Part shown: positions 29,989-40,491 of the stretch, piece by piece | Position numbering within the stretch: the stretch's first letter is position 1 | Layout of the letters: every line of letters begins with the position of its first letter | Assembly (NCBI GenBank): GCA_963824095.1 | Contig: CAWGNS010000007.1 | Location: 577,756 to 641,755, forward strand | Length of the DNA stretch: 64,000 nucleotides | From: Terriglobia bacterium | GTDB lineage: Bacteria > Acidobacteriota > Terriglobia > Bryobacterales > UBA6623 | Reading direction: 5' to 3' | The notes under the pieces: generated by a model | The model's database searches: none | What the model was told of the DNA's origin: nothing | Seen by the model: the letters and a program-made list of their open reading frames with translations, nothing else | Position numbers and translations under genes: made by a program

Positions 29989-30840
29989 CTAACCACGCGC
30001 GAAAACATGGACACCACTGGGGTCGCCCGCGGGAAGCGGCTGTGCTTCTCTTGGAGCCGGATGGGCGGCCATCATCGTCTGAATGCGGCCCGATGCGAGC
30101 TCCCAGGCGTCCTTGGTGTAGTTGCGGTGCCGGCTCGAAACCCAACCGTTTCGCTGCAGCGCGGCGACGATCTCCACGCCGTCGAGATGGGTCGGCGCCC
30201 GCACGTTCTGAATGGATTGGATCGAGTCCAATGTCACCCGGCGCGACATCTCTTTCGACGATAGGTCCAGCAGCCAGTGACTGATCGCGCTCGTCGCGGC
30301 GACTTCCGCCGCCAGCGCTTCGACGGTTGCCGAGGGAAGATACATTAGCAGCCCCTCGCTGATCAGCAACGTGCGAGAGCCGCCGGGCTCGCCAAGGACC
30401 ATCCGGCGCGCGGCGGGTTCGTTCAAGTCGGCGGCAATACGCTCCAGGCGGCAATGTGGCGGCTCGCCGGCGAGCGTATCGGTCTTGTATTCCAGCAGGG
30501 CTGGAAAGTCGACTTCGATCCAGCGCAACCCGGGGGGCAGCGGCAAGCGCCAGGGACGCGTGTCGAGCCCGCATCCCAGGCACAAGACCGTCTTGATGCG
30601 TTGGGTCGACACCACGTCGAGCACCAGTTCGTCGAGGAAATGGCTGCGGATGGCGACACCAAAGGCCATCAGCGGCAACACCGCGACGCTTTGCGCGATC
30701 GCCATGCCGCGTGCACCGGCGAGGCGCCCGGCCAGCGGATCGCGCACCAGCCCGTCGGGCCGCTCGGTTTCCATAGCGCGGCAGGCGGCGACCATCAACG
30801 CGGTATCGCTGACGTGAAAGATCTCTTCCTCGGAAGGCAT
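29989..30840 (-). CDS. Leucine carboxyl methyltransferase (LCM)-family SAM-dependent O-methyltransferase
   Basis: SDTALMVAACRA, LGCGLDTR and SEGLLMYL motifs. The start is ATG 30840 (MPSEEE). The 594-aa track ORF 29989..31773 is a read-through artefact. Confidence 0.75.
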   Translation of the reverse strand: MPSEEEIFHVSDTALMVAACRAMETERPDGLVRDPLAGRLAGARGMAIAQSVAVLPLMAFGVAIRSHFLDELVLDVVSTQRIKTVLCLGCGLDTRPWRLPLPPGLRWIEVDFPALLEYKTDTLAGEPPHCRLERIAADLNEPAARRMVLGEPGGSRTLLISEGLLMYLPSATVEALAAEVAATSAISHWLLDLSSKEMSRRVTLDSIQSIQNVRAPTHLDGVEIVAALQRNGWVSSRHRNYTKDAWELASGRIQTMMAAHPAPREAQPLPAGDPSGVHVFARG

Positions 30841-30941
30841 GAACGCATTATCGAATACCGCGGCGCCGCGCGTCGGGTGGAAACACCCTGCGAGCCGCCC
30901 CGCTTCGAGTGCGGGGAACGCCGCCGTGGATCGTGTGGCCG

Positions 30942-31166
30942 TCAGCCGCGGGTCAGCCGGCCCACGGCGAGTTCGATGGTCTTGGAGCCGTCGGCGCCGG
31001 CGCCAGGCCACTTGCTCGGCCAGGCTTCGAAGAAGTTGTAGCGGCGGATCGGCGCGCCGGCCTGATTGAGCATCACGATCTGACCGCGCGGGATGGGGGT
31101 TCCTGGCCCGCCCGGGTTGACCCAATGCTGCAGCAGACGCGAGTTGTGTGGGTCGAGGACAGGCAT
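30942..31166 (-). CDS. Half-size ORF resembling the C-terminal half of phage/eCIS tail-tube (gp19-like) proteins
   Basis: RGQIVMLNQAGAPIRRYNFFEAWPSKWPGAGADGSKTIELAVGRL parallels the family consensus ...G.I.LLD..G....RWNF.NAWP.KW.GP....S.EVAIE.LEL. The N-terminal half is absent. Confidence 0.45.
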   Translation of the reverse strand: MPVLDPHNSRLLQHWVNPGGPGTPIPRGQIVMLNQAGAPIRRYNFFEAWPSKWPGAGADGSKTIELAVGRLTRG

Positions 31167-31220
31167 GTGACGAGTGACCCGGCCAGGATACGGGCAGCAG
31201 TTTGTGGTGAGGATCGACGC

Positions 31221-31745
31221 TTAGCTGGGGAACGCCGGCGCGGGCAGCTCGAGCACAGACTCTGTGGTTTTGCGCAACTCCGTGCGGCGCATCCAGAAGT
31301 AGACGGCCAGACCGCATACGGTGGCCACCGAGAACGCCACGACCGCGTTGCCGAGAAAGAACGCCCAACCCAGTTGCCGCAAGCTGGCCAGCAGGCCGCC
31401 ATGGAAGGACGAAAGCGGTACCCCCGCGAAACGCGCGCCGACGGCGTAGCTCAACGAATAGAACAGCGGCGCCGTCAACGGGTTCATCAGGAACGTCCCC
31501 GACAGCGCGGCTCCGCGATGCAGCCCGAGGCTTTTCGCCACATAGAACGCGACCACCGAACCAACGGCGAAGCTCGGAAAGATCCCTATGAAGATACCGC
31601 TGGCGAAACCGAGCGCCGTGCGCGCCGGAGTCGTCTTCTCGGTGGCCCAGGAAATGAGTTGCGATTTGATCCGTTCCGTAAAGGTGGCCGTTTGCGGATC
31701 GCCTGGCGCATACGCGCCCGATGCGTTGGTGCTGTGAAGCGTCAC
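31221..31745 (-). CDS. DUF2062-family membrane protein
   Basis: Four hydrophobic segments and family-like GFASGIFIGIFP / NPLTAPLFY motifs. Confidence 0.65.
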   Translation of the reverse strand: MTLHSTNASGAYAPGDPQTATFTERIKSQLISWATEKTTPARTALGFASGIFIGIFPSFAVGSVVAFYVAKSLGLHRGAALSGTFLMNPLTAPLFYSLSYAVGARFAGVPLSSFHGGLLASLRQLGWAFFLGNAVVAFSVATVCGLAVYFWMRRTELRKTTESVLELPAPAFPS

Positions 31746-32243
31746 GCTTATTGTTTTGCATGCAAGGGACCAAACTCGCGCGCGGGCGCTGTGAGGGCCG
31801 CTGAGGCCCTATGAATGCGGGGTTTGGTGCGCGGCCGGGGCGCGCGGTTCACGTCGGTCGCGCACGCGCCACAGAGATTTTTCTGCCGGGTTCGCGGTAA
31901 AAACTTCCCGGACGCGTCCGCGTGCGCGGCTGTGGCGGTGTTCAGGCTGGAGCGAGAGGTTCCGGGTTGGAGCGAGAACGGCGCCGGGCCGGTGTTACGT
32001 CCAGCATACGTTGCAGGTGCCTCTTTCCGCCGCAGGGGCGTGTCGGCAATGCACGGAAAACCCGCAGGGCCGCCCGCTGGCACGAGGGTGATCCCCGCCA
32101 TAGCGTCGAAGCCCGAAAACAGAGCCGCCGGCGTAAGCCCGCGGGCCGAGGCATCAATAGAGTTCGGGGCGAAGCCGGCGATCGACGGCTCGGATGCGGC
32201 GGTCGGCTCGGGTGCGGCGTCTCAGTCGAGTCCAACGGGCTGT

Positions 32244-33527
32244 CTAGATAAACGCAACCGAGCCGTCGGCGCGATAGCCTGTTGTGCGCTTCCAGGGGCC
32301 CGGCGGGTAGTAGGGGAACGCTTCTTCGTTCAGCTCGACTCCCCAGCCTGGTTTGTTCGGGATTTCCACGTAGCCGTCCTTCTTGACCATCAGGGGCTCT
32401 TTGAGTACGTCTTTGTGGGCTCCCGAATCCGGGGCGTGGTATTCGAGAATCAGGAAGTTGGGGGTGGAGGCGGCGAAGTGGACGTTGACGGCCGTCGCCA
32501 GCGGGCTCATCGGATTGTGCGGCGCGACCATCATGTATTGCGCTTCGGCCATGGCCGCAATTTTCTTCAGCTCCATGATGCCGCCGCAGACGCAGATGTC
32601 CGGCTGCACGATGTCGAGCGCCTGGATGTTGATCAGGTCGCGAAACTCGTATTTGGTGTAGTTGCACTCGCCGCTGGCCAGCGGAATGTTGACGTGCTCG
32701 GAAAGCTTCTTCATGGCGTCGGCGTTCTCGGCGCGGATGGGCTCCTCGAGCCAGAACGGGTAATACGGCTCGATCTCGCGCGCCACCCGGATGGCGCGTG
32801 ACACTTCAAAAAAGCGGGCGTGAATATCGACCGCGATATCGACGTCGGGGCCCACGGCGTCGCGCACGGCCTTGACGCGCTGGCCGGCGATGCGGGTGAC
32901 CTCGTTGTAGGGCATCTGGTTGTCGCCCGGGTTGTGCGGCGACATCTTGACAGCCGTGTAGCCGTACTTTTCGATGAGCCGGTGCGCGCTCTCGGCGGCT
33001 TCCTGCGGATTTGCGCCGCCGATGCTCTGGTAGACCCGTACCTTGTTGCGCACGCGCCCGTTGAGCAGCGCCCACACCGGCAGGCCGGCGGCTTTGCCCG
33101 CGACGTCCCACAGGGCGTGCTCGATGCCGCTGAGGGCCGCGTTCGAAACCGCGCCGCCGGGGAAGCGCGTCGTGTTGTACATCAAGTCCCATAGGAACTG
33201 CACGTTGCGCGGATCCTGGCCAATCAGCCAGCCCTTGAAGTCTTCGATGACCTTGACGGTGGCCTCGTCGGGCCCCACCGAATAGGCTTCGCCGATGCCC
33301 GAGATGCCTTGATCGGTTTCGACCTTGACGTAGAGCCAGTTGCGCTGCGAGATCGTGCGGCTGCCGCCGGAGAGGTCCGACTGGCGCGCGGTGCCGATGA
33401 GGAACGTCTTGATGTCGGTGATCTTGAGGGCCGGCTTTTCGCCGACGCGGCCCCAGTCCTGGAGTTGCGGCGCGGCGGCCAGCGGGGCGGCGGCGAGGCC
33501 GGCTTGTAAAAAGTGCCTGCGTTGCAT
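32244..33527 (-). CDS. Enolase-superfamily enzyme (mandelate racemase/galactonate dehydratase-like) with a Tat-type signal
   Basis: N-terminal MQRRHFLQAG. MR/MLE signatures include AALSGIEHALWDVAGK, DIAVDIHARF and WLEEP. Confidence 0.85.
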   Translation of the reverse strand: MQRRHFLQAGLAAAPLAAAPQLQDWGRVGEKPALKITDIKTFLIGTARQSDLSGGSRTISQRNWLYVKVETDQGISGIGEAYSVGPDEATVKVIEDFKGWLIGQDPRNVQFLWDLMYNTTRFPGGAVSNAALSGIEHALWDVAGKAAGLPVWALLNGRVRNKVRVYQSIGGANPQEAAESAHRLIEKYGYTAVKMSPHNPGDNQMPYNEVTRIAGQRVKAVRDAVGPDVDIAVDIHARFFEVSRAIRVAREIEPYYPFWLEEPIRAENADAMKKLSEHVNIPLASGECNYTKYEFRDLINIQALDIVQPDICVCGGIMELKKIAAMAEAQYMMVAPHNPMSPLATAVNVHFAASTPNFLILEYHAPDSGAHKDVLKEPLMVKKDGYVEIPNKPGWGVELNEEAFPYYPPGPWKRTTGYRADGSVAFI

Positions 33528-33827
33528 GGGGGCTCCTGAAAGGAATGGGCTCGAGGTGTCTTGCTCGGAATCGCCCCGGAGACAACTTCGCGGTTCGGTT
33601 AGACCATACTACATCGGGCGGCGCCGAAGCGAATCGGCAGCCGTCCACTCACCAATTCTTGGTGGCCCGAAGGGGGCGCCATGGACCGTTGCGGTGGTGC
33701 GTTTCGCCCAATGGGAGGCGTGCTCGCCTCATCCCCGAGAGCGCCTGGACGAAGGTCATCGCAGTTTCGCGCTCTTAAGCCATCTAAGTGATTGGGGATA
33801 CGAAGGAGCGAAACGCGCTGATTTATC

Positions 33828-33863
33828 CCCACAGGCGGCACGGTCCCTTCCACCGCCTGTGGG
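33828..33863. repeat. CAGGC-type hairpin, long-loop variant
   Basis: CCCACAGGCGG (33828-33838) / CCGCCTGTGGG (33853-33863): an 11-bp stem with a 14-nt loop. Confidence 0.55.
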
Positions 33864-34093
33864 CCCAGGTTTTGCAACAAGCACTATTCCATGACTATCC
33901 CCAAGCGGACGCTATGAGTTCCGTCACCCTGGCCGAGCGGCCACGTTCGAGGTTGCGGCGCCGCCAAAAGGGGTGATAATTGAAGGGAAGGATCTGACAG
34001 CGCACTACTGTCTAAATCGATGCGTGGCGGCTAGAAAAGCCGCCGGGGCGACAATTCAGAGGCGCCCAGGTCCAGCGGTGCAGGAGGTGAAGT

Positions 34094-35221
34094 ATGCCGA
34101 GGGACAGCTTCGAGTTCCGGATCGGCTTCCGCAAGCTGCTGATCGGCTTTCTTGTAACGCTAGTACCGGTGAACCTCGTAGCCCTTTACGCCGCTTCCGA
34201 AAGCGCCCGGAGCCTGCAGGTCACCGTCGGAACCTATTTCAAGACCATCGCGCAATCAACCGCCGAGCGCATCACCGACTTCATTCATGAACGTGCCACG
34301 CACGTGGCCATCATCGCTTCCGACCCCGCTCTCATCGACCTGGTGACCGCGGCGAACCGTTCCTACGAAGGCATGTCCGACGAGGCGATAGCCCGCCGTA
34401 TCGAGGAAATCGAGGCAATATGGCCGACCCCGAAGGCCGACGCCATTGTGAACCGCATCGTCTCGTCGCCCGTCTCGGCCAGCCTACGGCATTTCCTTGA
34501 GCTGGACCCGCGTTTCTTGCGCATCACCGTCACCGACGCCCGAGGCGCGACCGTCGCCGCCACGCACAAGACCATCGACTACTTCCAGGCCGACGAGCCC
34601 TACTGGCAGGAGATCTATAACGAAGGCCGCGGAGCCGTCGGAATCACCGATGTCGAGAACGACGTCGTCACCAAGGCCAACTACGTGGGGATCGGCGTCC
34701 CGGTGCTCGACCCGGCTACGAATCGCTTCGTGGGCACAGTCGACGCGCTGGTCGAGGTATCGAGCCTGTTTCCTATCGTTGCCGCAGCCGAATTCGGGGC
34801 AACTGGCAGGGCGCTGCTGGTGAGAGAGGACGGCACCGTGATCCGGGGTCCCAACACGACGCTGTCGATGGGCCTGAAATCGGAGGAATTCCTGGCCGTG
34901 ATGGACGCTCTCCACAGCATTCAAGGACGCCAGACCGGCTATCTGGTGGCGAACCTGGGGGAGGCCGGCGGCAAAACGATGATCGGCTTCGCCGATACCG
35001 GGCTCAAAGAGGACTTCAAGAACCTGGGTTGGGTCGTGCTCGTGGCGCAACCGACCACAGAGGCTTTCGCCGCGATCCGAACTACGCAGCGGCTGATTCT
35101 GCTGATTGCGGCTCTGGCATTTCTGGCGGTCGTCTTCGTGGGAGTTTACTTCTCGCTGCACCGCAAGGGCGAGATTGAGGAGACCGAAGAGGACTTTCAC
35201 ACGCCGCTGGTGAATTCGTAA
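34094..35221 (+). CDS. Membrane protein with a Cache/PDC-like periplasmic sensor domain and no output domain
   Basis: TM1 LLIGFLVTLVPVNLVALYAA, a ~300-aa extracytoplasmic region with Cache-like sequence, TM2 LILLIAALAFLAVVFVGVYFSL, then only a 20-aa tail. Confidence 0.55.
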   Translation: MPRDSFEFRIGFRKLLIGFLVTLVPVNLVALYAASESARSLQVTVGTYFKTIAQSTAERITDFIHERATHVAIIASDPALIDLVTAANRSYEGMSDEAIARRIEEIEAIWPTPKADAIVNRIVSSPVSASLRHFLELDPRFLRITVTDARGATVAATHKTIDYFQADEPYWQEIYNEGRGAVGITDVENDVVTKANYVGIGVPVLDPATNRFVGTVDALVEVSSLFPIVAAAEFGATGRALLVREDGTVIRGPNTTLSMGLKSEEFLAVMDALHSIQGRQTGYLVANLGEAGGKTMIGFADTGLKEDFKNLGWVVLVAQPTTEAFAAIRTTQRLILLIAALAFLAVVFVGVYFSLHRKGEIEETEEDFHTPLVNS

Positions 35222-35258
35222 CAGTTGGGTCAGGGATAGGATTCCCGGGGGGCCGGCA

Positions 35259-35290
35259 AGGGCGTAGCGGCCACGCCCTCGTTTCGGGTT
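35259..35290 (+). terminator. Putative intrinsic terminator
   Basis: AGGGCGT agcggcc ACGCCCT followed by CGTTTCGGGTT, 38 nt after the stop at 35221. Confidence 0.45.
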
Positions 35291-35410
35291 GCGGACAATC
35301 CGAGAGACAAGTCGCGTTGCCCAAATTCGCCAACGACTCACAGCGCGCGTTCGGTTCGGCAGCGGGCGTAGCGCGCTACACCCCCGCGCAGCATCGCGGC
35401 GCCGCCCGAG

Positions 35411-37225
35411 CTACTGCATGGGCGTCTTGGCGGTTACGTATCCCAGATCGGGGAACGGCATCGGCCCGGCTCGCAGCGCTTTTTCGTGAAAGGATGTCAG
35501 GCTGAAGTCCTGGGTTTCATTCTGGTAGTGGTCGCGCACGCGCAGCCATTCTTTCCAGCCGAAATATTGCAGCGGCAGGCGCGCCGAGGTGAGCATCACG
35601 CGCTGGATCTTGTCGCGCGCGCCTTCGACTTCCTGGTAGGCCTTCTCACGCAACAGCTTCATGGCGTCCTCTTCCGACATGTTCTTGGTGTGCATGCGGA
35701 TGTCGACGATGGCGTCGGTGAGGATGCGCATCTTCTGCTTGATGAAAATAACTTTCAGTTCGTTGCCGCCCGGAAGTCCGACGTCGACCGCCGAATCGGT
35801 CATATAGGCGCCCCAGCCGTCCATGAACGCCGGGTTGCCCTGCGCCCGCAGCAGGCGCCGGTAAAGCGGCTCGGTGGCGTTGGCAAACTCGCGTGCTTCG
35901 TAATAGCCCGGGATAGCGTATTCGATCGTCAGCAGCCGGAGCTGAAAAAGATTATATTCGCGCAGCTTCGACAGCTCGCGCGCCCGCGGCCAGTCGGAGG
36001 GAATCGGGGTCACCATGAACAGCGCCGCCAGCTTGGGCTGCAGCGGCGGAGCCCCCAGGAAATTGGCCACGGGGTTGTTGGCGCGCAGAAACTCCGGCGT
36101 TTCGATCACCTTCAGGTTGTTGCCGGGAGGCAGCGGCGCCAGCTCTTTGTCCTGCACGAACTTCTTGTCGTCTTCGATGTCGCGGTTGATCTGGTCCAAC
36201 AGTCCCGAGCCGTCCCTGAGCCGGTTTTCGTCGCTGACGACGTCGAGCACATCGCGGATCAGCGCGTCGTCGGTCGGCGGGCGCTGGTTGCCGTAGATCT
36301 GCTTGTGCACGGGCCGCGCGGTCTCGATCAACTGCTTGGTGACGGTCTCGAGTTCGGCTTCGGCTTCGGAAAGCAGCTTGTCGGGCGTCTTGTCGGCGTT
36401 CCCGGTCCACAGCCGCAATTTCTTGGCGTAGAGCTCGGGGCCCAGGCGCCAGTCGTCCTGGTTGCGCTTGGCGAGGTCCTTATCGAGGTAGTCGTTGAAA
36501 TCGTGCAGCGCGGCGAGGGCGGCCTTGGCGGCGGTGTCGTAGTCGGCCTTCAATTCCTGGGGCACTTCGGCGGCCAGCGTCTTCTCCACAAAGCGGACCG
36601 TGCCGTCGTTTTCCGAGCGCGCCGCCTCGGTCCATACCGTAGGCGAGGACTTCAGATTCTCTTTGGCCTGGTTGAGAAACTCGGGCACCTTGCCCAGCCG
36701 GGCGATGATATGGCGAAAGCGGTCGGGCTTGGAGGCGTACTCCAGGATGAACGGGCCATAGAGGGCGCGGCCCAACAACTGCACATAGACCACCGGGTTG
36801 TGCTCCTGGGTCTTGACGTCCTCCAACTCAAACAGTTCGCGCGCCGCCAGGTTTTCCGCGACGGCATAGTCGGCGAAAGGGTCCCCGGCGAGACGATTGC
36901 GGTCCGGCACCTTGTCGTGCAGATTTTTCTGAAAGTCTTTGAGCAACTGAATGCGCTTCTGAATTCCTTCGGCCGAGTAGTCGTCGAGCATCGTGTCCAG
37001 CGACAACTGCGTGGCCTCCTGGCCTTCCTGTTCACCACCACGAACGTGTTCGTGGTACCCCATTTCAGTAGCTTCGATCGGGGTCAACGCCAGCAGGTCG
37101 AAGACGAACGGCTCGACAACCGACTGAAACACCTGGTCTGGCGGATCCTCGGTTCTGCAGCCTGCCGCGAAGCAGACAAGGATGGAAATGATCGCGGCGA
37201 AGATATACTTCGGATGAGTTGGCAT
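35411..37225 (-). CDS. DUF885-family lipoprotein
   Basis: Lipobox ILVCFAAGC and DUF885-like YAIPGYYEA / DGWGAYMTD motifs. ATG 37225 is preceded by GGGAGA. The track start 37255 is less likely. Confidence 0.6.
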   Translation of the reverse strand: MPTHPKYIFAAIISILVCFAAGCRTEDPPDQVFQSVVEPFVFDLLALTPIEATEMGYHEHVRGGEQEGQEATQLSLDTMLDDYSAEGIQKRIQLLKDFQKNLHDKVPDRNRLAGDPFADYAVAENLAARELFELEDVKTQEHNPVVYVQLLGRALYGPFILEYASKPDRFRHIIARLGKVPEFLNQAKENLKSSPTVWTEAARSENDGTVRFVEKTLAAEVPQELKADYDTAAKAALAALHDFNDYLDKDLAKRNQDDWRLGPELYAKKLRLWTGNADKTPDKLLSEAEAELETVTKQLIETARPVHKQIYGNQRPPTDDALIRDVLDVVSDENRLRDGSGLLDQINRDIEDDKKFVQDKELAPLPPGNNLKVIETPEFLRANNPVANFLGAPPLQPKLAALFMVTPIPSDWPRARELSKLREYNLFQLRLLTIEYAIPGYYEAREFANATEPLYRRLLRAQGNPAFMDGWGAYMTDSAVDVGLPGGNELKVIFIKQKMRILTDAIVDIRMHTKNMSEEDAMKLLREKAYQEVEGARDKIQRVMLTSARLPLQYFGWKEWLRVRDHYQNETQDFSLTSFHEKALRAGPMPFPDLGYVTAKTPMQ

Positions 37226-37808
37226 GGGTTCTCCCGGTGATGACTGGGAAGGCAAGAAGCCCCGCAGGCCCGCGCCTCACGGGTCAAGATGCGAAACAAA
37301 CTCCTATCTTAGTGGAGGGATGGGACCCTCGCAACTGCCGGAATAGGGCCGGTGGGGGCCCGCCAACCCAGCGCGGTTTACGGCCTGGCTACCGGTGGCG
37401 AACGGAGCGACCTACCGAGGCCCCGCCATGGCATCCGGAGAGTTCCCCAGTGTGGGGAAAAACCCCGTCCCGGCCCGGCGACAGCGCCCATTGGGACACG
37501 TTCGCAACGCGTCGTACCCGAGCCGCGCGCGTCGGCAAGCGGTGGACTAACGCGCTAAATCGGCAAGGAAAAGGGAGAGGCTAGCTGGGGCGCAGGCGAA
37601 AGCACGGGGAGACACGCGAAGAGCCAAGCGGGCGGGACCAAGGGGGGACTGGGGGCGCGATGGAGCGCCTGGGCTGGCTCTCCGGACAGCCCACAATTGG
37701 GGCGGCCTCATCGAATAGCGCACGGCTTCCGCCGTGGGAAAACGCTACAACTCAAATCCTGCCCTGGAAGGGGCGGGGCAAGGTCACGGGCAGCACTGAC
37801 GATGCCAC

Positions 37809-37828
37809 GGGGCGGGTTCCCCCGCCCC
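37809..37828 (-). terminator. GC-rich hairpin just downstream of ftsZ (possible terminator; no U-tract)
   Basis: GGGGCGGG ttcc CCCGCCCC, 9 nt after the ftsZ stop. Confidence 0.35.
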
Positions 37829-37837
37829 ATACGGCGA

Positions 37838-39151
37838 TTAGTCGCGGCTGAGCTTGCGGCGCAGGTAGGCCGGCTTGTCGAGATCGTGGGGGTCCATCTC
37901 GGCCTCGGGCTCTTCTTCCTCCACCTCGCGGTTGATGGGATTGACCGCGGCCAGGTGGGACGCCGCCGCGGCGTGTGCGCGGGCCGTGGCCGTCGCCGGC
38001 TCCAGAACCCGTTCGCCGCGGTGACGGAACGCGGTGGCTTCGTGAACGGCCGCGCGCATTTCCGCCGCCGCCGCCGAACCGGCGTCCAACTGCTTCTTGG
38101 ACAGCCCGACGTTTTCGCTGCGAAAGCCGGTGGCGATCACGGTGATCTTGACGTTGTCTCCCATGCCATCGTTGAGGATCGCGCCGAAGATGATGTTGGC
38201 GTCGGGGTCGGCCGCCTTCTGAATGATGGTCGAAGCCTCGTGCACCTCGTGCAGGCCGAGCTTCGACGAACCGGTGATGTTGATCAGGATGCCGCGCGCG
38301 CCTTCGATGCTGGCGTCTTCGAGCAGCGGGCTTGAGATGGCCTTGCGGGCCGCCTCGACCGCGGCGCTCGATCCGCCGGCGATGGCGGTCCCCATCACCG
38401 CATAGCCCATGCCGTGCATGATGGTGCGCACGTCTGAGAAATCGCGGTTGATGATGCCCGGCACCGTGATGATGTCGCTGATGCCCTGCACGGCCTGGCG
38501 CAGAATGTTGTCGGCGATGCGAAACGACTCGAAGAAACTGGTGCCGCGCTCGACCACTTCGAGCAGCCGTTCGTTGGGTATGGTCACCACGGTGTCGACG
38601 ACTTCCGCCAGCTCGGCGAGGCCTTTTTCGGCGATCGCCATCCGCTTGGCGCCTTCGAACGAGAACGGCTTGGTGACAACGGCGACGGTGAGCGCGCCCA
38701 GTTCTTTGGCGAGCGAGGCAACGATGGGAGCGGCGCCGGTGCCGGTGCCGCCGCCCAGGCCCGAGGTGACAAACACCATATCGGTGTCGCTGAGCAGCTC
38801 GATCAGCCGCTCGGTGTCCTCGAGGGCGGCTTTGCGGCCGATCTCGGGGTCGGAGCCCGCGCCGCGCCCGCTGGTGAGCTTGGTGCCGATCTGCACCTTG
38901 ATCGGTGCTCGCGAAACCCGCAGCGCCTGTTCGTCGGTGTTGATGGCGGCGAACTCGACGCCTTCGACGGACGCTTCGATCATGCGGTTGACGGCGTTGC
39001 AGCCGCCGCCGCCGACCCCCACGACCTTGATCCGCGCGGTGGGACGCAGGTCCTCTTCAAAGGTGAATTTCACCGCGTCCTGTTGCTGCTGCTCTTGGTT
39101 CTCGTTCATGTCGTTCCCTTTCCCGTTGAGGTTTCGACCGCTTTGTTCCAT
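37838..39151 (-). CDS. ftsZ: Cell division GTPase FtsZ
   Basis: [17 protein letters not shown] and [15 protein letters not shown]. An alternative start at 39109 (MNENQ) is possible. Confidence 0.95.
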   Translation of the reverse strand: MEQSGRNLNGKGNDMNENQEQQQQDAVKFTFEEDLRPTARIKVVGVGGGGCNAVNRMIEASVEGVEFAAINTDEQALRVSRAPIKVQIGTKLTSGRGAGSDPEIGRKAALEDTERLIELLSDTDMVFVTSGLGGGTGTGAAPIVASLAKELGALTVAVVTKPFSFEGAKRMAIAEKGLAELAEVVDTVVTIPNERLLEVVERGTSFFESFRIADNILRQAVQGISDIITVPGIINRDFSDVRTIMHGMGYAVMGTAIAGGSSAAVEAARKAISSPLLEDASIEGARGILINITGSSKLGLHEVHEASTIIQKAADPDANIIFGAILNDGMGDNVKITVIATGFRSENVGLSKKQLDAGSAAAAEMRAAVHEATAFRHRGERVLEPATATARAHAAAASHLAAVNPINREVEEEEPEAEMDPHDLDKPAYLRRKLSRD

Positions 39152-39162
39152 TCGACCGCTTC

Positions 39163-40368
39163 CTATTCAAACAGGGTTTTGAGCCACTCGGTAACCCGGT
39201 CGCGCTTGCGCGTGCGATGCAGGCGAAGACGCTGGGCGTAGAGAACGAGCCCGATCACAGTGGCCCAGCCGGGGTGATCGAGTTCGTCGGGCAAGTCGTC
39301 GAGCTGCGGAGGCAGGCCCACCCGCGCGTTCGCGTTCAAGACGGCTTCGGCGATATCGCAGCTTCCCGCCAGGCAGGCCAGCCCACCGGTAAGCACCACG
39401 CCGGCGACCAGGCGGTTTTCAAAGCCGCTGCGGGAGAGTTGCAACGCCATCATCTCGAAAAGCTCTTCGCAGCGAGCCTCCAGAATCTCGTTGAGCAGGC
39501 GGCGCGGCTTTTCGCGCAACCGGCCGTCGTTGAGGCCCGGCGCCTCGACCATGACGTTGAGCGGGGTCTGCGCCGCGGGCACGCAGCCATACTGCTCCAT
39601 GATCTGCTCGGCGGCCTCGCGCGGCGTGCGCAACACCGAGGCCACGTCGTTGACGAAGTGCTCGCCGCCCAGCGGCAGGCTCATCGCCAGTTGCAGGTCG
39701 CCCTCGAGGTAGGCCACCAGCTCGACCGAGCTGGAGCCCATGTCGGCGACCGCCACGCCCATCTCGCGCTCCTGCTGTTCGAGCACGGCGTGCGAAGCGG
39801 CGAAGCCCTCGAACAGCGTCTCCTCGACGACCACTCCAGCGCGGTTGACGACCACGCGGATGTTGTTGTGTGCCTGCGCCAGCGCCGAGACCACCTGCAC
39901 GTGAACGTCGAGACGGCTGCCGTGCATCCCCAGCGGATTGCGCAAACCCGACTGGCCGTCGACCGAGAACTCCAGCGGAATCACCTGCAGCACAGTGCGG
40001 TCGTCGCTGAGCGGGCCTTGCGTGGCGGCCTTGATCACCGCGTCGACGTGTTCTTTTTGGATTTCGCTTTCCCAGGAGGGCAGATTGATGTAGCTGTGGC
40101 TGACGTTGTTCTTGACGTGCGGGCCGCCCACGCCGACCACGGCGTTGTCGATGGTGACCCCGCCGTTGCGCTCGGCCTCTTCGATCGCCTTCTCGAGCGA
40201 GGCAAGCACCGGATCCTGATCGGCGATCACGCCCCGCGACCAGCCCTCCGCCGGAGCCGAGCCGTGGCTGATGAAGCGCAGCCGCGAATTTTCCTCGAGC
40301 GCCACCAGACAACGCGTGGAGCGGCTGCCCAGATCGAGCCCAACCAGATAATCGTGTGGTTTCGGCAT
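39163..40368 (-). CDS. ftsA: Cell division protein FtsA
   Basis: Actin-fold phosphate-1 motif [18 protein letters not shown] 40368 is preferred over the track start 40443. Confidence 0.9.
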   Translation of the reverse strand: MPKPHDYLVGLDLGSRSTRCLVALEENSRLRFISHGSAPAEGWSRGVIADQDPVLASLEKAIEEAERNGGVTIDNAVVGVGGPHVKNNVSHSYINLPSWESEIQKEHVDAVIKAATQGPLSDDRTVLQVIPLEFSVDGQSGLRNPLGMHGSRLDVHVQVVSALAQAHNNIRVVVNRAGVVVEETLFEGFAASHAVLEQQEREMGVAVADMGSSSVELVAYLEGDLQLAMSLPLGGEHFVNDVASVLRTPREAAEQIMEQYGCVPAAQTPLNVMVEAPGLNDGRLREKPRRLLNEILEARCEELFEMMALQLSRSGFENRLVAGVVLTGGLACLAGSCDIAEAVLNANARVGLPPQLDDLPDELDHPGWATVIGLVLYAQRLRLHRTRKRDRVTEWLKTLFE

Positions 40369-40491
40369 ATTGTTCAGAGCCGCGCGCGTCGGCTGGCGAT
40401 GGCGGTGAAGCGGCCCGTTTTCCCACCTTCGGCGATCGTCCAACGTGTCTTCACTGCTCGTCGCGGCTCGTTTCCTTCACTGCTCTGGCGC

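Noticed and set aside
29989-31773. 594-aa ORF treated as a single gene
   Set aside because: Only the last 283 codons (from ATG 30840) look like a protein, the LCM methyltransferase. The upstream part runs out of frame across the tail-tube-like ORF and the DUF2062 gene, which have their own convincing frames.
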